Source: Octopus bimaculoides
Lineage: Eukaryota
Assembly (NCBI RefSeq): GCF_001194135.2
Contig: NC_068998.1
Location: forward strand, 29,697,375-29,736,478
Direction: 5' to 3'
DNA: 39,104 nucleotides
Part shown: positions 32,868 to 39,104 of the stretch, piece by piece
Numbering within the stretch: the first letter of the stretch is position 1
How the letters are laid out: the number at the start of each line of letters is the position of its first letter
Position numbers and translations under genes: made by a program
The notes under the pieces: model-generated
The model's database searches: none
Told to the model about the DNA's origin: nothing
What the model saw: the letters and a program-made list of their open reading frames with translations, nothing else

Positions 32868-34590
32868 TGGAAAGATGCATCATTGCTCATGTCAATGCCC
32901 AAGTCACGCACTGATTTGGATTCAGGGATTTCAATTCCTCCTGCGCCAGTATATCCTGTCTGCATGTCGTTTAGCTTCGTGTGCTGGTAACATAGGGCCT
33001 GGAATTTTCCTGCATTAAAATGTATGTTGTTATCCTCAACCCAACACCCGTTGCAGATGTGCAATATTTCCAGGATTTTGTATTGTTTGAGAGACTTTTG
33101 TGTCATCTGCATAGCTAGCAAGGGCTACTATGAACAGCAGTGATCCCAAGACAGTGCCCTGTGAACACCGCTTGCTATTTGCGTTTCCTTGGCCACAACT
33201 GCCTGCCGTCTATCCTTTAGAAAGTTGTGCAGCCATTCTCCAAGTTTTCCGCATATACCGAGATCGCGCAGTTTGTGACATATCATATCATAGTCAACCT
33301 TATCAAAGACTTTTGCAAAGTCGAGATATATCACATCCACGATTGAATCATCCAACAGCTGTTTTAACAACCAGTCGTAGTGTTGCAGGAGCTATATCAG
33401 ACAGCTTCTACCTGGACGAAATCCATGCTGGGTGTCAGTCAGCAAGTCATTTTCTTCTAAGAACGTGATTAATTTCTTGCGGACTATTCGTTCCATGACT
33501 TTACTGATGTGTGAGGTCAGAGAGATAGGCCTATAATTTTTAGTATCTGCTCTGCTTCCTCCCTTATGGATAGGGCATATTATCCCTTCCTTCAATTTGT
33601 CTGGGAGCTTACCACTTGCAAGGAAGCTCTGGAAGAGAAACTGCAATGATTTTGTAAGAGCTCGCTTGCATGATTTGATTAGGACCGCTGGAAATCTATC
33701 CGGGTCAGCCGCTGAGTTTGTGTCAACCTCATCTATGGCCAGTATTACATCTTCAATGTTAATATCCTCAAATTTTTTAACCTCTTTGGTTTGACAAAGA
33801 ATTCCGCTGGTTTGTTCACTTGCCTGTGTTCCAAAGTGTGTTCAGTATTTCACTTACCCTCATGGGGTTTCCTGTGAGGGAGCCATCTTTTTTGAAGAGG
33901 GGTCTTATCTTGTGGTGTATTGAGGCTGTTTCTTTGGCAAACTTAAAGAAGTTTTAGGGTTTGAATTGATATTTTCTATAACCCAAGCTTCTTTATTTGC
34001 TCTCTCTCTTTTTCATGAGATTGATGCAGACGTTTCTCAATTTCTAATAGCACTCTCCAGATGAGACTTCTCGCCACTTTTGGGATGCTTGCTCAGGCGG
34101 TTCGCAATCTTTGTCCGTCGTCTCATAAGAATCTTCCTTTCTCTGTGGATTCTGTTTTTGTGTATGTTGGCCTTGCACAATGGGACAGATTTGTCACATA
34201 TGGCTTGTATTATGGACATGAAATGTTTGTGTCTCATGTCAATGTCTGGTGCGGAGAGACATTTAGGCCAATCCTTCTTGAGGATCTTTCTCAATCAGCT
34301 TCCGATTTGCTTTGTGAAAGTCTAGTTTGGAGTGATTTTGGGTGCTTCGTATAGGCTGTATGTCTGCAGGAGCTTTTGGTCCATACACAGACAGCTTTAT
34401 TATATTGTGATCCGAGATCAGCGTCGGTGTCACTTTAACATTATGGATAATGTCCATATTGTTTGTAAACAGAGATCCAGTATATTATTTGCCCTGGCTG
34501 GTTGCAGCACGATTTGTTCCATGAAAGAGGTATTGGTAAGTTGGATCAAGGACTCTACTCGTGCTTGCTGTTGGTTATTTTCATTTTATT
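32868..34590 (-). mobile_element. CR1-clade LINE ORF2 fragment (APE endonuclease end plus RT)
   Basis: QPARANNILDLC and ISDHNII (APE), AAGPDRFP, PIHKGGSRADTKNYRPISLTS, QHGFRPGRSC, VDVIYLDFAKVFDKVD, YADD (33102-33113), SVRDLGI. 5' and 3' truncated. Confidence 0.92.
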
Positions 34591-34643
34591 TACATTTTTA
34601 GCGCTTTTTTCCATTATCAGATTTATCAAAAAGTGGTTTAAAG

Positions 34644-34644
<1 letters not shown>

Positions 34645-34675
<31 letters not shown>

Positions 34676-34760
34676 GCGTGTGTGTATAAACATGTGTGTG
34701 TGTATGTGTGTATATATATGTGTGTGTGTGTATGTATATATATATATATATATATATACT
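34645..34760. repeat. Compound (TA)/(TG)/(TATG) microsatellite
   Basis: Directly visible. Confidence 0.9.
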
Positions 34761-35410
34761 AGTGTGCCTGTGCAGTCAGAAATGACGGAATGAAAATGAT
34801 ACGGAAAATAAAATTAAAATAAAAACATTACAACTTTTATTTCAGTAATTGCTTCAACACCACGTTCTAGTGAAAACCCTACCGACAATGAGTTCGCCTT
34901 GTTTTGGATGGTCCGCTTCAGTATTGACCATTATTCTTCCATTCTTCTCCTCGATGTTCTCTCTCTTTCGATTTCTCTCCTTTGTACTGCTTCATCTTCT
35001 GTTTCATCTTGTCGCCTTAGATAGTCTCTCCTCACTGCCGCTTGCTCTTCTGTTTCATCTTGGCGTTTCATCTTATGCTGGTCTCTCTCTCACTTTGGAT
35101 ATCTCTCCTTTGTGTAATTAGGTACTCCTTTTCATTTTCACGTCTTCAAGCCTGTCTTCTTGCACTCGTCTCTCTTGTCTCACTTCTTGTGATTGATTCA
35201 ATAACCTTAATGTATTGTTTAATCTTCTTGCGTCCAATTCTTCTTGAGTGACACTGGCTGTTCTTCGCCTTTGTCTCTCTGGTTAACCGTTGCCTTCTGT
35301 CTGATTCATTCTCCATAGCAGGTGGATGAGTATATTCAATACAACGGAACACAAACTTCAAAACAAATGATTGTGTGTGTGTGTGTGTATGTGTGTGTGT
35401 GTGTGTGTGT

Positions 35411-36050
35411 NNNNNNNNNNNNNNNNNNNNNNNNNNNNNNNNNNNNNNNNNNNNNNNNNNNNNNNNNNNNNNNNNNNNNNNNNNNNNNNNNNNNNNNNNN
35501 NNNNNNNNNNNNNNNNNNNNNNNNNNNNNNNNNNNNNNNNNNNNNNNNNNNNNNNNNNNNNNNNNNNNNNNNNNNNNNNNNNNNNNNNNNNNNNNNNNNN
35601 NNNNNNNNNNNNNNNNNNNNNNNNNNNNNNNNNNNNNNNNNNNNNNNNNNNNNNNNNNNNNNNNNNNNNNNNNNNNNNNNNNNNNNNNNNNNNNNNNNNN
35701 NNNNNNNNNNNNNNNNNNNNNNNNNNNNNNNNNNNNNNNNNNNNNNNNNNNNNNNNNNNNNNNNNNNNNNNNNNNNNNNNNNNNNNNNNNNNNNNNNNNN
35801 NNNNNNNNNNNNNNNNNNNNNNNNNNNNNNNNNNNNNNNNNNNNNNNNNNNNNNNNNNNNNNNNNNNNNNNNNNNNNNNNNNNNNNNNNNNNNNNNNNNN
35901 NNNNNNNNNNNNNNNNNNNNNNNNNNNNNNNNNNNNNNNNNNNNNNNNNNNNNNNNNNNNNNNNNNNNNNNNNNNNNNNNNNNNNNNNNNNNNNNNNNNN
36001 NNNNNNNNNNNNNNNNNNNNNNNNNNNNNNNNNNNNNNNNNNNNNNNNNN
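35411..36050. other. Assembly gap (640 N) preceded by (TG)n
   Basis: N run. Confidence 1.
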
Positions 36051-36106
36051 AAAAGTTTTCTTCTTTCTTCTCCCTTGCTTGGCAAACACCACAAAATTCT
36101 TTATAT

Positions 36107-37252
36107 ATGTTAGGTCATCAAGTATGAAATTTGTAGTAAGGTATATGATAAACTTTGACAACTGCTCATTTTGCGACATTATTATATTTTCACAATCTCT
36201 ATTTTTTGTTAGAAAGCTGACACATCTATTTTTTTATTCTAACTCATTTTGCGCTTTATAAAGTATTTATAAGTTGTTTTTTGCTATTTTTGTTTAGAGA
36301 GGGATAAGTCGGAAATTCGTACAGTTTTGAAATATGAGTTCTTTCTTGGAAATACAGCATCAAAGACAGCTCGGAATATTAATGGAGTATTTCATTCTAA
36401 TGTTATTACACAACAGACAGTATCAAATTGGTTTGCAAAATTTTGTTCTGGTAACTTTGACCTCACAAATGAGCAACGAGGTCAACCAGACTCAACGGGG
36501 GATAATGACGAACTGAAAGCCCCCGTCGAGTAAATCCATCTCAAAATGCCCGTGAATTATCGTTGTTGTTTGGTGTTAGCAATATTGACTCACTTAGTTC
36601 AAATTGGTAAAGTAAAAAAGTTGGATATGTGGCTTCTACATGAATTCGATGAAAATCAGAAACGGCAACGTTTGGAAGCCTGCATTATACTACTTTCTCG
36701 TCACAAAAATCGAATTGTAACATGTGATGAGAAATGGATCCAATGCAACAACCGTAAGCGTTCAGCAGAATGGTTGGATAAACACGAGCCACCAAAACAC
36801 AAACTAATAATAAAAAGTCATCAAAAGAAGCTGATGGTGTGTGTTTGGTGATCTGGCGCAGGTGTGATCCCTTATGATTTCATTAAACCATCAATCATGG
36901 CCGAAGCATACTGCAGCCAACTGAACCAAATGATGCAGAAACTTACAAAAAACAGCCTCTTATTTTATTGCAAGACAACGCCAGACCACTACAGGAAACT
37001 ACAGGAGTTGGAGTTGGAAGTTCTCTATCATCCACCATACTCATCCGATCTTACCCCCACTGACTACCACTTCTTCCAGAATTTGGACAAACGTTTTGAT
37101 AGGAAAAATTTAATTCCAACGATGCTGTAAAACAGGCCTTCCAAGATTTTATTGACTCTAGATTGCCAGGCTTTTACAGTTCCGGGCTGGACAAGCTACC
37201 GCTGAAATGGCAAAGGTGTATTGACAATATGGGTGCATACTTTGATGAATAA
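36107..37252 (+). mobile_element. Decayed mariner transposon (Hsmar1/cecropia-like transposase)
   Basis: EIRTVLKYEF..TASKTARNIN, QIGKVKKLDMWLLHE (WVPHEL), RIVTCDEKWI, HQKKLMVCVW, HPPYSSDLTPTDYHFFQNLD, KWQRCID..GAYFDE*. Putative 5' TIR near 36107; 3' TIR not found. Confidence 0.9.
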
Positions 37253-37463
37253 AACTATTCCTTGTATTTACAAAACATTAGCAAACATTATTTTCTTTTC
37301 TGCAAAGAATAATAAAAAGACTAAGAAATCTAACTTTAAACCAGTTTTCGATAAATCCGATAACGGAAGAAAACGCTAAAGAAAATTTAAATAAAATGTA
37401 AATAAAAATATATATATAATCATCCAACATTCTGACTACCTTATTATTTTAAGTATATATATA

Positions 37464-38231
37464 TGTAGTGGATCATGCAAATGCATGAAGTGGATTCGAT
37501 CCACTATAGCCAAATTTAAATCAACACTGCAACAGAACTTTTCCCACGGTGGAACAATAGTTTTTCTCTGACAGCAGTTTAATATTTTCCAGATGCCTTT
37601 TAGCTAGGCCGAAACAATGTCTTCACCACTTGACCCTTTCTAACCTCTTCTACATCACCAAAATCTAGAATAAAGATAACAAGACCACCAACTAAATCTA
37701 TTGTTCTCAATAATATATCTATCCTTCTAGATAGTTATAAAAGCAAGGAAATCACAAGCAAAATTTAGTTTAGTAACCAGTCGGTGACGACTCAAGTAGT
37801 TTAGTCACCAGTCGGTGACGACTCAACTAGTTTAGTCACCAATCGGTGACAACTCAACCAGTCCAGTCACATGGTGACGACTCAGTGAGGACGAAGTCTG
37901 GCTGACCAGCTAGAACCTTGGCTAGAGGGAAAAATGAAGTTTACTGCCAGTAGCTGTCAGACAACGTCGCACACCCTACAACTGTCTGCTTACTACTACA
38001 CGATCGTGTACACACATATACAGGCCGAAATTAATTTTCTTTACCTTGCATACTTTACGAACTGTGTTATACTATTACACTAACCTACCCGTCGTGGTAT
38101 GGTATTTATTAAAGTAACGGTAAATAAATATTTCTTTATAACTTTGATCACTGTTCATCGTTCATCTTACAACCGTTACTATTGATAACTACACACAATT
38201 ATCATCACTAATCAAAAATATAACCGTTACA
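37464..38231. mobile_element. Candidate solo LTR inserted in (TA)n
   Basis: Begins TGTA(GTGG) and ends (GT)TACA, with TATA on both sides. Non-coding and contains a minisatellite. Confidence 0.5.
37766..37885. repeat. 31-bp tandem minisatellite (~3.8 units) with an internal hairpin
   Basis: Unit TAGTTTAGTCACCAGTCGGTGACGACTCAAC starting at 37766, 37797, 37828 and 37859. Stem GTCACC/GGTGAC. Confidence 0.9.
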
Positions 38232-38269
38232 TATATATAATTTCTTTATTCCTTTGGAATATGAATCTC

Positions 38270-38690
38270 AAAAGGGGAGATGTGCGAGAGTACGACACCC
38301 CTGGCGAGAATGGACTGGACCACTACATATAAATAGTAGCGGTCTGAGTAAGTGAGGTAGTCCGGCGGAGGGGGTACCACCTCAGCATACTATAGAGGGC
38401 TGGTAGAGGGCAAGTGTAATGACGACCAGGGGGAGACTCTGGGTTTCGATGACAGCCAGCTTGCCAACCTGTATCGAAGAAGTTTCGGCCCGGGACCTAT
38501 GGACAACTTCCAGAGGTCCCTGGCCTGGCTGTGCTTCCGAAGTGCCTCGCGAGGTACGGCGTCACTGTTTCGCCTACGTGCCCACCTAAGAGGGAAAGCA
38601 CGTCTGGAGAAGAAATGCCTGACGTCAATAAAGTACGAAAAAAGATGGAAGAAAGTAGCCTGAATGTTGGGTATGTGCCTAATTAAGCGC
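38270..38690 (+). mobile_element. Tx1/L1-like fragment (C-terminal ORF2 region)
   Basis: YYRGLVEGKCNDDQGETLG...FGPGPMDNFQRSLAW matches FYRGLVEGKSGDVLGETLG...FWSGLMDNFQKFLAW in ORF 22564-22962. Confidence 0.8.
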
Positions 38691-38744
38691 GGTGGGGGGA
38701 TGACGAAGTAAACAGTTTAACGCAGGAATGTGGTTGGTGGGGTC

Positions 38745-38830
38745 CAAGGGCCCTGGAACAGGGGGTGCAGCGGGTGCATCTGCACCCCCTAGAATTTTCA
38801 GGGGGTGCAAGATCAAAATTTGCACCCCCT
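38745..38830. repeat. Two tandem GC-rich hairpins, probably a DNA-transposon/MITE terminus
   Basis: AGGGGGTGCAG/CTGCACCCCCT (38760-38790) and AGGGGGTGCAA/TTGCACCCCCT (38800-38830). Confidence 0.6.
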
Positions 38831-38913
38831 ACATAATCTTACCAGTTTCAGAAAAAAAGTGTCTAAAATCTATCGGTATAAAATGTTTATTTCGATCTCG
38901 TTTCAAAACAAAG

Positions 38914-38944
38914 AATAAATAAATAAATAAATAAATAAATAAAA
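38914..38944. repeat. (AAAT)n microsatellite
   Basis: Directly visible. Confidence 0.9.
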
Positions 38945-39104
38945 GTGATGAAGCTGGCATAAAATTCCCTAGGGAGTTTAGGACCACTAATTTCTGAAGG
39001 AAAGTAGCGTCAAAATACAAAAAAATAAGTGACAATAACAACAGTAGCAGCAACAATAACAACAACAAAACCAGCATGTATAGTTAATTTTGAATATATA
39101 GCAT

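Noticed and set aside
34850-35330. Possible ORF1 of the CR1 element (purine-rich minus strand)
   Set aside because: No recognisable motif, and it is separated from ORF2 by a microsatellite.
35322-36261. Long ORFs of 250-296 aa
   Set aside because: Artefacts of translating through the N-gap.
37766-37885. CRISPR-like palindromic ~31-bp repeats
   Set aside because: Units are directly tandem with no unique spacers, there are no cas genes, and the context is eukaryotic.

Overview
AT-rich eukaryotic DNA, most likely cephalopod (Octopus-like, inferred from recalled SINE families). It is almost entirely transposon debris and microsatellites, with three N-gaps. No complete host gene is visible, only two candidate + strand exons (7759-7870, 17905-18014). 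Recognisable elements: a chimeric, decayed Gypsy LTR retrotransposon (9240-14881), a candidate solo LTR, about seven R4/Dong-type RLE LINE fragments tied to (TAA)n arrays, three Tx1/L1-like fragments, one CR1-clade LINE, three Tc1/mariner relics, five tRNA-derived SINE copies and Penelope-like (PLE) relics. The most notable signals are two unrelated, non-coding elements that each carry a minimal type I hammerhead ribozyme motif. One has a canonical CUGAUGA core (16310-16352) and lies in a TSD-flanked fold-back plus ~340-bp tandem structure. The other is a G3-C8 covariant core, GUGAACA (19694-19744). Together they suggest a PLE/retrozyme-like ribozyme system in this genome. All calls come from manual reading and translation; boundaries of degenerate relics are approximate.
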